DNA of 64,000 nucleotides from NCBI GenBank assembly GCA_017995075.1, contig JAGOJO010000008.1, positions 1,011 through 65,010 of the forward strand, read 5' to 3'. A program made the translations under genes and the position numbers. How positions within the stretch are numbered: position 1 is the first letter of the stretch; each line of letters begins with the position of its first letter. This document shows, piece by piece, positions 19,204 through 27,068 of the stretch. The DNA is from Bacteroidia bacterium (GTDB lineage Bacteria > Bacteroidota > Bacteroidia > AKYH767-A > OLB10). The notes under the pieces are model-generated. The model saw only the letters and a list, made by a program, of their open reading frames with translations, did no database searches and had not been told where the DNA came from.

Positions 19204-19237
19204 TTTGAGATATGTCGGCTGGCTGACATATCTCAAA
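19204..19237 (+). promoter_or_regulatory. 13-bp perfect inverted repeat (candidate operator or RNA hairpin) in front of the eight-gene operon
   Basis: tttgagatatgtc (19204-19216), then 8 nt, then gacatatctcaaa (19225-19237). No T-run follows. It ends 24 nt before ATG 19262. Confidence 0.45.
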
Positions 19238-19261
19238 TGATTCCGGGTCTACTTTAGCGGC

Positions 19262-19747
19262 ATGAAACAGACTATTTATTTATCAAAATGGATCTTTTTG
19301 ATTCTGCTGGTAGGATTATTTTCTATTAGAGCATATGCACAGGACGACACTCAGCGCAAGAAGCATTTTAATATTGCTAAGTCGGGATTTGTAATAGATG
19401 GATATGATCCGGTCGCCTATCAGACACAAAAGCGCGCCATTAAGGGTGATCCTTCAATTTCAGTGATTTATAAAGGTGTAAAATATGCATTTACATCTAC
19501 CGCCAACCGTGAATTATTCAAGTCAAATCCCGGGAAATATGAGCCAGCATATGGAGGTTGGTGTGCTTATGCAATGGGATACTCCGGCGAAAAGGTGGAG
19601 GTTGATCCGGAGACGTTTAAAATAATTGACGGTAAAACATATTTATTCTACAACTTCTACTTCAACAACACTTTGAAATCCTGGAATAAGGATGAAAAGA
19701 ATCTTCACTTAAAAGCAAATCAAAACTGGATGAAAATCATCCCATAA
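19262..19747 (+). CDS. Secreted YHS-domain protein
   Basis: 161 aa with a signal peptide (WIFLILLVGLFSIRAYAQ). The block GYDPVAYQTQKRAIKGD...YKGVKYAFTSTANRELFKSNPGKYEPAYGGWCAYAMG is typical of the YHS-domain (seleno)protein family. Confidence 0.65.
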   Translation: MKQTIYLSKWIFLILLVGLFSIRAYAQDDTQRKKHFNIAKSGFVIDGYDPVAYQTQKRAIKGDPSISVIYKGVKYAFTSTANRELFKSNPGKYEPAYGGWCAYAMGYSGEKVEVDPETFKIIDGKTYLFYNFYFNNTLKSWNKDEKNLHLKANQNWMKIIP

Positions 19748-19752
19748 CTAAA

Positions 19753-20154
19753 ATGGAAAAAATACATTCACCATTGAAATGGATTGCACGCATTCTTGCC
19801 GCAGTAATTATGTTACAAACTTTATATTTTAAATTCACAGGAGCTGAAGAATCAGTGTACATCTTCTCTACTCTTGGTCTTGAGCCATACGGTAGAATTG
19901 GAACCGGTATTGGTGAGTTAATTGCTTCTGTGTTGATTTTGGTTCCGGCTACTACATGGGTCGGAGCGGTTATGGCTCTTGGTTTGATGAGTGGCGCTTT
20001 GTTTTTTCACATTACCAAGCTTGGTATAGAAATAATGGGAGACGGAGGGCAGCTTTTTTATTACGGGATTGCTGTCTTTTGTGCAGCCGCATATCTGCTG
20101 ATCATGGAGAGAGAAACAGCACAATCATTCGTAGCTAAACTCCTTAAAAAATGA
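19753..20154 (+). CDS. DoxX-like small membrane protein
   Basis: 133 aa with four hydrophobic helices. Size and pattern resemble DoxX-family proteins, and it starts 5 nt after the YHS gene. Confidence 0.5.
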   Translation: MEKIHSPLKWIARILAAVIMLQTLYFKFTGAEESVYIFSTLGLEPYGRIGTGIGELIASVLILVPATTWVGAVMALGLMSGALFFHITKLGIEIMGDGGQLFYYGIAVFCAAAYLLIMERETAQSFVAKLLKK

Positions 20155-21098
20155 AATTATTTTCAATCACTATACTCCTTTTCCTCCTGATTACCGGAGA
20201 TGTGAAAGCACAGGGATGCAGTGATGCAGGTGTTTGCAGTGTCAGTGGAGCAGCACAACCTATGACAGACTCAACAAACACAAATCAGGATGTTTCGGCA
20301 TTATTTATTTTCCGTACAACTACTTCTGTTTCATCCGGGGAACAGGGAGTATTGACTTTGCAGGAAATTCCGGAAGTGGAATATTATATTTCGAAAAGAA
20401 TTCAGTTGGTCACCAGAATTCCATATATTATCAATGCCGGAAATTTAGGTACTACATCAGGCATCGGAGATCCTTATATTGGGATTTCAGCACAGGTTTA
20501 TTCTTCAGAGGAAAATAAGGTATCGATTTCCGGTGGATACAAAATACCTTTCGGGAAAACAGATATTCGTGATGCGGGAAGAAGTTTACCAATGCCATAT
20601 CAAACTGGATTAGGAACATCAGATGGACTCTTTGGTGCAGTCTGGGTAAAGAAGCGTTTACGTGTCGCAGCTGTTTACCAGCATGTTTTTAAACAGCAGA
20701 ATAAAAATGAATTTCTTCGCAGCCGTTGGGAGGGAATAAAAAAGGCACAAACGTACTTTGAGTCGAATGAGTTGAAAAGAGGAAACGATTTATCATTAAG
20801 ATTTGACTATGAGTTTAACTGGAAGAAGGGGAAAATATATACCGGCATTTTATCTATTTACAGGTTAACAGAAGATAAAATTACTGACCTTAGCGGAGAG
20901 GTAAATCAGGTAAAAGGATCTGGAGGATTAACACTCAATATAACTACAAGCGCCTTCTATCAGTTTACTCCAAACCAGCGATTAACTGCGCAATTTGGAT
21001 TTCCGGTCGTTGTTCGGGAAGTAAGACCTGACGGACTTACCAGGTCTGCAGTAATCAATTTAATTTATGCAATAAGAATTAATAAAAAATCAAAATGA
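20151..21098 (+). CDS. Putative outer-membrane beta-barrel protein
   Basis: 315 aa with signal peptide MKLFSITILLFLLITGDVKAQ. Alternating hydrophobic beta-strand patterns are seen. ATGA overlaps occur at both ends. Confidence 0.4.
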   Translation: MKLFSITILLFLLITGDVKAQGCSDAGVCSVSGAAQPMTDSTNTNQDVSALFIFRTTTSVSSGEQGVLTLQEIPEVEYYISKRIQLVTRIPYIINAGNLGTTSGIGDPYIGISAQVYSSEENKVSISGGYKIPFGKTDIRDAGRSLPMPYQTGLGTSDGLFGAVWVKKRLRVAAVYQHVFKQQNKNEFLRSRWEGIKKAQTYFESNELKRGNDLSLRFDYEFNWKKGKIYTGILSIYRLTEDKITDLSGEVNQVKGSGGLTLNITTSAFYQFTPNQRLTAQFGFPVVVREVRPDGLTRSAVINLIYAIRINKKSK

Positions 21099-21604
21099 TA
21101 CCATTGGCTGATAGTGCAGTATTAGTTTTAACGCAATTGCAACAGGTGCTTGATCAGATGAATGATCAGGAATACAGTAAAAAGTTACGAATATTAAATG
21201 AAAATACAATTGGAAAACATGTACGACATATTCTCGAGTTGTACGAATGTCTTGTTACAGGAACTCCGCAGCAAAGTGTAAATTACGACAAAAGGGAGCG
21301 CAACACGGCATTGGAAGAGGATGTCCTGTTTGCATTAGCTAAAATTGCGGAAATAAAAGAAGCAGTATTATTGATGGAAGATAAACCATTAACGTTATGG
21401 GCTGCATTCCATCAGGACAAAGATCTTATGCATAAAATTGACTCATCCGTGTTTCGCGAACTAGCTTATAATATTGAACATTCTATTCATCACATGGCTA
21501 TAATTAAAATGGCATTACTTGTAGATTTTCCATTAGTACAAACAGCCGAAGAGTTTGGAATTGCTCCTTCTACTATCAAATACCAGCAACAATGTGTACG
21601 GTAA
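21095..21604 (+). CDS. DinB-like four-helix-bundle protein (tentative)
   Basis: 169 aa and helical, with His-rich motifs HVRHILE and EHSIHHMAI spaced as in the DinB/YfiT-type metal triad. Recognition is weak. Confidence 0.4.
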   Translation: MIPLADSAVLVLTQLQQVLDQMNDQEYSKKLRILNENTIGKHVRHILELYECLVTGTPQQSVNYDKRERNTALEEDVLFALAKIAEIKEAVLLMEDKPLTLWAAFHQDKDLMHKIDSSVFRELAYNIEHSIHHMAIIKMALLVDFPLVQTAEEFGIAPSTIKYQQQCVR

Positions 21605-22299
21605 CCTATTTTCCCCTTGAACAGGATGGATATATTCTCACGTCGAGCCGGGATGAAAAAAGTGTTCGAGGAATCGCCCTTCCTCCCAGAAAATACCTTC
21701 TCGAACAGCAAACCGTCTTTTTTCCGAAGGATCCTGATGCCGGAGGAACATGGTTTGTAACAACGGGAAGAGATACCACTCTTTGCCTGCTAAACGGAGC
21801 TTTTACCAAACACGAACATGAACCACCATATAGAAAAAGCAGAGGCCTTGTTGTTTTAGATTATTTTAAGTTCAGAGATACAGAGGATTTTCGAACGAAT
21901 AATAATTTTCATGGTGTTGAGCCTTTCACTTTGGTTATTATTAAACCGGGAAGCCTTGTAGAATTTAAATGGGATGGTGAAAATACACATTGTAAAAACC
22001 TGAATTCTACTGTCCCCGCTATATGGTCATCGGTTACATTGTATGAACCGGAAGTCATTAACGCCAGACAAGAATGGTACCATCAATGGTTGCAGCAACA
22101 CCATGAAGATTCGCAGGAAAATCTGATGACTTTTCACCTTTTCGGCGGGAAGGGAGATGTGAGAAATAGTGTATTTATGAATAGGGAGAATAAAGTCCGG
22201 ACAGTAAGTATAACATCTATTTTTTCTAACAAGCAAGAGACCTGTTTACAGTATTCAGATGTATTGCAGGATAAAAAGTATAAGATCAGAATTATCTAA
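21592..22299 (+). CDS. NRDE/TANGO2-family protein (N-terminal Cys, Ntn-hydrolase-like)
   Basis: 235 aa. It starts MCTVTYFP and has SSRDEK at the position of the NRDE motif. Confidence 0.55.
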   Translation: MCTVTYFPLEQDGYILTSSRDEKSVRGIALPPRKYLLEQQTVFFPKDPDAGGTWFVTTGRDTTLCLLNGAFTKHEHEPPYRKSRGLVVLDYFKFRDTEDFRTNNNFHGVEPFTLVIIKPGSLVEFKWDGENTHCKNLNSTVPAIWSSVTLYEPEVINARQEWYHQWLQQHHEDSQENLMTFHLFGGKGDVRNSVFMNRENKVRTVSITSIFSNKQETCLQYSDVLQDKKYKIRII

Positions 22300-23381
22300 T
22301 GGATACACCGATTGGAAACGTAAGTGTTTATCGTACTATGCAATGGAAGAAACCTTTGTGGTTAATTCGGTTGATTAACTATGAATATTGGCCGTTTTGG
22401 ATATTATTCTTCCCGGCCTTTTTTTACTGGTTATATCTTGGATTTAAAGCGCGTTCGTTGGCCTATTTCAGTGCTGCGAATCCGGGAATTGAAAATGGAG
22501 GAGTTTTTGGTGAGTCTAAATCTGATATTCTGAAAATGATTCCGGATAAGTATAAACCGGCTTCTGTTTTAGTTTCTGAAAGTCTGCAACCTGCTGATTT
22601 AATTTCTTTATTTCATAAAACCGGATTTCAATATCCTGTCATCTGTAAACCGGATAAAGGAGAAATGGGATTTAAAGTAAAGAGGGTAGAAAATGAATCT
22701 GATTTGTTAATTTATCTGGAGGAGACGCCTGTTGATTTTCTTATCCAGGAGTTTATTACATGGAGCGAAGAATATGGTGTATTATACTATCGCCTTCCTA
22801 ATGGTAAATCGGGAATAAGTTCGCTCGTTGCCAAGGAATTTCTTTCGGTGACAGGTGATGGAGTTAATACTGTTGAAGAATTAATGAACTATTCTGACCG
22901 TGCAAGGTTGCAGTTAGATAATTTTAAAAGAGAGAGGCCGGCGCTATTGAGTATTGTTCCTGATAATGGACTAACCCTACAACTGGAGCCAATTGGTAAC
23001 CACTGCAGGGGTACAAAGTTTATCAATGCCAATAACAGTATTACCCCACAGATGGTCTCTGTTTTTGATGCAATTGCGAAAAATATGGATGGCTTCAATT
23101 ACGGTAGATTTGATCTGAAAGTAAAGCGAATAGATGATCTTTATACTGGTGAAAATATCAGAATAATGGAGGTGAATGGATGCACAAGTGAACCCGCACA
23201 TATTTATGGAGAGGATATGAACTTATGGAAGGTATACCGTGATATATTTTCCAATATGAAAATTGTAAATCAGATAGCAATCGCAAACCACAAGTTAGGA
23301 TACCCATATGTTCCAATTCGTAAAATTGTTACGGAGACCTTGCAACACTTCAAAATGAAACGAACTTCAAATGGTAAATAG
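22299..23381 (+). CDS. Membrane-anchored ATP-grasp ligase-like protein
   Basis: 360 aa. N-terminal TM WPFWILFFPAFFYWLYLGF. ATP-grasp hallmarks are VICKPDKGEMGFKV, FLIQEFI and RIMEVNG (the E-x-N Mg site). Confidence 0.6.
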   Translation: MDTPIGNVSVYRTMQWKKPLWLIRLINYEYWPFWILFFPAFFYWLYLGFKARSLAYFSAANPGIENGGVFGESKSDILKMIPDKYKPASVLVSESLQPADLISLFHKTGFQYPVICKPDKGEMGFKVKRVENESDLLIYLEETPVDFLIQEFITWSEEYGVLYYRLPNGKSGISSLVAKEFLSVTGDGVNTVEELMNYSDRARLQLDNFKRERPALLSIVPDNGLTLQLEPIGNHCRGTKFINANNSITPQMVSVFDAIAKNMDGFNYGRFDLKVKRIDDLYTGENIRIMEVNGCTSEPAHIYGEDMNLWKVYRDIFSNMKIVNQIAIANHKLGYPYVPIRKIVTETLQHFKMKRTSNGK

Positions 23382-23991
23382 TATCTTATCCTTTTCTATA
23401 GCGGCAGTTATTAGTTTTATTGGCTCACTTCAACCGGGACCTGTTAATTTACAGGTATTGTACTCCGGTTTTGCGGGTTCAAGGAAACAGGCTTTGTTAT
23501 GTGCTGCGGGGGGAATAGTACCTGAATTCGTTTATTGTGGTATGGCGATGTTTTTTCATGTAAGGCTACAAGCCTATCAGTTTGACTTTGCCTGGTTAAA
23601 GGTGGCTAATATTGGTGTTTTGTTGTTTATTGGCTTCTACCTTTTGAAAGTAATTTCATCGAAAGAGGCAACATCCTCCAATATGCACCCCGGATTTTGG
23701 TCTGGTTTCATTGCGGGTATGTTAAATCCTTTTTTACTGCCTTTTTGGCTTTTTGTAATATTTCAATCCGGGTATCTCGAATTCTTAACACTCAATGAGA
23801 TACCGGATCAGTTTGCATTTATCGCAGGAAGTGGAGCTGGGGCCTTCTTATTTTTATATGCGATGATTCTCATTGCTCCACGACTTCGCGATTCACTTGC
23901 AAAATTGAGTAAGCTTCCTTCCAATAAGATAATTGGTGTAATATGTATTATCTTAGCCCTAACTGAGATCATTCGTTGTTGCTATCTATGA
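23371..23991 (+). CDS. LysE-type exporter
   Basis: 206 aa with about 6 TM segments. The N-terminal LQPGPVN motif is typical of LysE/RhtB translocators. Confidence 0.55.
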   Translation: MVNSILSFSIAAVISFIGSLQPGPVNLQVLYSGFAGSRKQALLCAAGGIVPEFVYCGMAMFFHVRLQAYQFDFAWLKVANIGVLLFIGFYLLKVISSKEATSSNMHPGFWSGFIAGMLNPFLLPFWLFVIFQSGYLEFLTLNEIPDQFAFIAGSGAGAFLFLYAMILIAPRLRDSLAKLSKLPSNKIIGVICIILALTEIIRCCYL

Positions 23992-24665
23992 GTCAAGAAA
24001 CACAATACTGGTATCTGAGAAACCATAAGTTATTTTCGGTTCTTAGTAATATGCAAATTGAAGAGTTGTGTATTATGACCAAATATAAAAAAGCGGGCAA
24101 GGGAGAAATCATCTATTTTTCAGAGGACCCCGACCAACGAATTTATATTTTAAAGAAGGGGAATATTAAAATTGTGGAAGCGGATAATCAAGGGAATGAG
24201 ATTATAAAAGAAATTTTAATTCCGGGTGATTTATTGGGAGAGTTAACATCCAGCAATGAAAGTACCACCAGTGAATATGCCGTGGCCCTGTCGAAAGAGG
24301 TAATTATTTGTACTTTCAGAATGGCAGATTTTGAAAATTTGCTGGAGAAAAATCCGACAATCGCTTTAAGTTACAGTAAGCTTGTTGGCTGGCGATTTAA
24401 ACGGGTCAGGATTAATTATAGCAATCTGGTTTTTAAAGATGTAAAAACCCGGCTTAGACAGTTTTTTAGAGATTGGGCAAATCGGGAGGGAAAAAATATT
24501 GATGGCCATGTGCATCTGGATAATTATTTAACGCATCAGGATATTGCGGGTCTGGTTTGTTCGACGCGGCAAACAGTTACTCAGTTGATGAACGATTTAG
24601 AGGCTGAAAAACTAATTCGGTACAGCAGGAAGGAAATCATCATTGATGATATAAACAAATTATAA
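23988..24665 (+). CDS. Crp/Fnr-family transcriptional regulator
   Basis: ATG 23988 forms an ATGA overlap with the exporter stop. The cNMP-binding-like barrel shows GEIIYFSEDP...IYILKKGNIKI. The C-terminal HTH shows THQDIAGLVCSTRQTVTQLMNDL. Confidence 0.8.
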   Translation: MSQETQYWYLRNHKLFSVLSNMQIEELCIMTKYKKAGKGEIIYFSEDPDQRIYILKKGNIKIVEADNQGNEIIKEILIPGDLLGELTSSNESTTSEYAVALSKEVIICTFRMADFENLLEKNPTIALSYSKLVGWRFKRVRINYSNLVFKDVKTRLRQFFRDWANREGKNIDGHVHLDNYLTHQDIAGLVCSTRQTVTQLMNDLEAEKLIRYSRKEIIIDDINKL

Positions 24666-24675
24666 TATTCAATTA

Positions 24676-24715
24676 GATGAACCAGCAATTGTGTTATTTC
24701 AATTGCTGGTTCATC
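24676..24715. terminator. Bidirectional hairpin terminator between convergent genes
   Basis: A 16-bp perfect stem, gatgaaccagcaattg (24676-24691) / caattgctggttcatc (24700-24715), with an 8-nt loop, followed by tttatt. Confidence 0.8.
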
Positions 24716-24723
24716 TTTATTGA

Positions 24724-26895
24724 TCAATATTTCACCATACGTTCTACACGCTCCATTCCGGCAACATGAACACGTATGAAATATACTCCTTCTTCAAGAT
24801 TTTCGCCGATATTCATTTTATGCGCACCTCCGTTTAGTTGCATAACAGAAATGATTTTGCCATCAATGGAGGAGATCTCCATTAAACCGGTTTCATCGTC
24901 AGGCAATGTGATGTTCAGCTCAGTTGATTGATGGAATGGGTTCGGGTTAATCTGCACTTCTGGTCCGTTCAAAGCTACGCTGTCGCCGATTTTGCAATTT
25001 ACTGTTACCTGTACTGCTGAGGATGTTTTTGCACAACCTGTAGCAGTATTGGTAATATTCACGCGATATGCACCGGTGGTTTTTGCTACATATGAATTCG
25101 ATGTTGCTCCTGTTAAAGTAACATTGTTTCTGGTCCACTGGTAGGATAGGTTAGCGCCTGTGTTTGCTATGAGCACTACGCTGTCACCATTACAGAATGT
25201 AGTTGGCCCTCCTGCAGTGACATTTGCTGATGTATTGTTGGCAGTAACGGTAATGGAATTCGAAGTGCTGGTACAACCAAAACTATTGGTAGCAACAACT
25301 GTGTAGGTTCCGCTGGTTCCTGTCATGTAGGATGATCCTGTTGCACCTGGGACATCTACACCGTTCTTTTTCCATACGTAAGTAAGACCAGGATCTCCTG
25401 TAGTATTAAATGTTACACTTCCTCCAGTGCAGAAAGTGGTAGGACCATTGGCCGCTATATTAACAATAGGAAGAGGATTGATCGTTACAACTTTGGCAGC
25501 CGAGGTACTGGTGCCACAGGAATTGGTTACTTTAACTTTATAACTTCCGGAAGTATATGCTACATACATGGAGTCGGTTGCGCCATTGATGTTGGTACTT
25601 CCTATTTTCCATTGATAAGAGAGCCCTGCACCTGTATTTGCTTTCAGTAAAACTCCGTTTCCATTACATACTGAAGAGGAGCCCGGAACTGTTATAGTTG
25701 CTTTCGGTGTGTTCACAACAACAGGAATGATGTTGGATGTTTTGCTGCATCCAAAACCATTTGTCACTACAACTTTATAATCTGCACTTGCTTTCGCTGC
25801 ATAAGTGGAAGTAGTTGCACCGGCAATTGTGGTAAGGTTCTTCTTCCATGAATAAGTATATCCGTTTCCCTGACTTGCTGCTAAAACAACTGAGTCGCCC
25901 GGACAAAATGTAGTTGCGCCTCCTGCTGAAAGTATTGCTGTAGGTTTGGGATTTGCAGTTACAATTAATCCGGAAGAGGTATTGGTACAGCCAAAGCTAT
26001 TGGTAATTGTTACATAGTAAGTTCCTGTAGTTTTTGCCGTATAGTTTGCCGCAGTTGCCCCGGAAATATTGGCGGTGTTCTTTTTCCATTGATATGTTTG
26101 TCCTGCTCCTGTATTCGCAGACAGAACAACAGATCCCCCAGAACAGAAAGTGGTATTTCCACCAGCTGTAGTAGTAGCCTGAGGAGGGTTATTAACAGTG
26201 ATGTATGCGTTCTTAATAGTTGAATCGGTACCAGAGGCAGAAGTGGTTACAAGCGTAACCGGATAGGTGCCCGGTGAAGCATAGGCAACAGTTGGATTAT
26301 TGCCCGTTGAGGTTGCAGGAGAGCCACCGGTGAAATACCATTTTCTGGAAGTTAGTGTACCGGGTGTAGTATTGGTAAATTGAATGCTCTCTCCCGGACA
26401 GATAGAACTATCGTTCACAGTGAAAGATGCTTGTGAATAGGAATAAGCAAGATTGAGACTATTAATGTATGGATCATTGCAGCAGCTGCAACCCATTCCT
26501 GCAGGACAAGGATCCTGAACATACACCCGAAGCATAACTGATCCGTTTCCTGATTGAATAGCATTGTTCAAAGTAACAGCCGGAATTGTATAGCTGAAAT
26601 TTACAAAGCCACAGAAACTTGCAGCCGAACTTTGCACAAGTGTCTGGTAGTTTCCATTCAGATATATCTGCACGTTAATAGCAGGATTTGACATCCCCAC
26701 ATCCTGACATCCCAGCCAGCTGCAGGAAAGTGTACCGTTCGAGGCATTACCAGGAGTGTTGGTAAACACCACAGGAGTTGCCTGATACACGCTTTGCATG
26801 TTGGGAAGAGTTTGTGAATAGTTGCCTGTTTGCGCCAGAGCCGATCCGCTCATCGAAATGATAAACAGCACGATAGGGAGTAATATTTTGTTCAT
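24724..26895 (-). CDS. T9SS-secreted protein with a PKD domain and six Ig-like repeats
   Basis: The likely start is ATG 26895 (MNKILLPIVLFIISMSGSALAQ). There are six ~75-aa units of the type GG.TTFC.G.SV.L.A....G..Y.W..N...I.GAT...Y.A...G.Y.V..TN..GC..TS. The T9SS CTD is INPNPFHQSTEL...GVYFIRVH. Confidence 0.8.
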   Translation of the reverse strand: MNKILLPIVLFIISMSGSALAQTGNYSQTLPNMQSVYQATPVVFTNTPGNASNGTLSCSWLGCQDVGMSNPAINVQIYLNGNYQTLVQSSAASFCGFVNFSYTIPAVTLNNAIQSGNGSVMLRVYVQDPCPAGMGCSCCNDPYINSLNLAYSYSQASFTVNDSSICPGESIQFTNTTPGTLTSRKWYFTGGSPATSTGNNPTVAYASPGTYPVTLVTTSASGTDSTIKNAYITVNNPPQATTTAGGNTTFCSGGSVVLSANTGAGQTYQWKKNTANISGATAANYTAKTTGTYYVTITNSFGCTNTSSGLIVTANPKPTAILSAGGATTFCPGDSVVLAASQGNGYTYSWKKNLTTIAGATTSTYAAKASADYKVVVTNGFGCSKTSNIIPVVVNTPKATITVPGSSSVCNGNGVLLKANTGAGLSYQWKIGSTNINGATDSMYVAYTSGSYKVKVTNSCGTSTSAAKVVTINPLPIVNIAANGPTTFCTGGSVTFNTTGDPGLTYVWKKNGVDVPGATGSSYMTGTSGTYTVVATNSFGCTSTSNSITVTANNTSANVTAGGPTTFCNGDSVVLIANTGANLSYQWTRNNVTLTGATSNSYVAKTTGAYRVNITNTATGCAKTSSAVQVTVNCKIGDSVALNGPEVQINPNPFHQSTELNITLPDDETGLMEISSIDGKIISVMQLNGGAHKMNIGENLEEGVYFIRVHVAGMERVERMVKY

Positions 26896-27013
26896 TGGTA
26901 TTGGTTTGTGAGGATGCAATATAGATCAAAAATCCTACATCAGAAAATGATTTTAGTAGGGTATTTCTACCGAATAAAAGAAAAAAAAGCCGCATTTGAA
27001 TCTTTATTCCCTC

Positions 27014-27054
27014 AAAAAGAAACCCGGAGACCCACTGAAATGAGCCTCCGGGTT
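27014..27054 (-). terminator. Intrinsic terminator downstream of the metalloprotease gene
   Basis: A 9-bp perfect stem, aacccggag (27021-27029) / ctccgggtt (27046-27054). On the minus strand it is followed by TCTTTTTG. Confidence 0.65.
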
Positions 27055-27068
27055 ATAATAGATCTATT

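Noticed and set aside
24724-26895. Six repeated ~225-nt modules, considered as a DNA-level tandem repeat or variable cassette
   Set aside because: The units are clearly diverged at the nucleotide level and correspond to Ig-like protein domains. This is ordinary domain repetition, not a hypervariable or mobile repeat.
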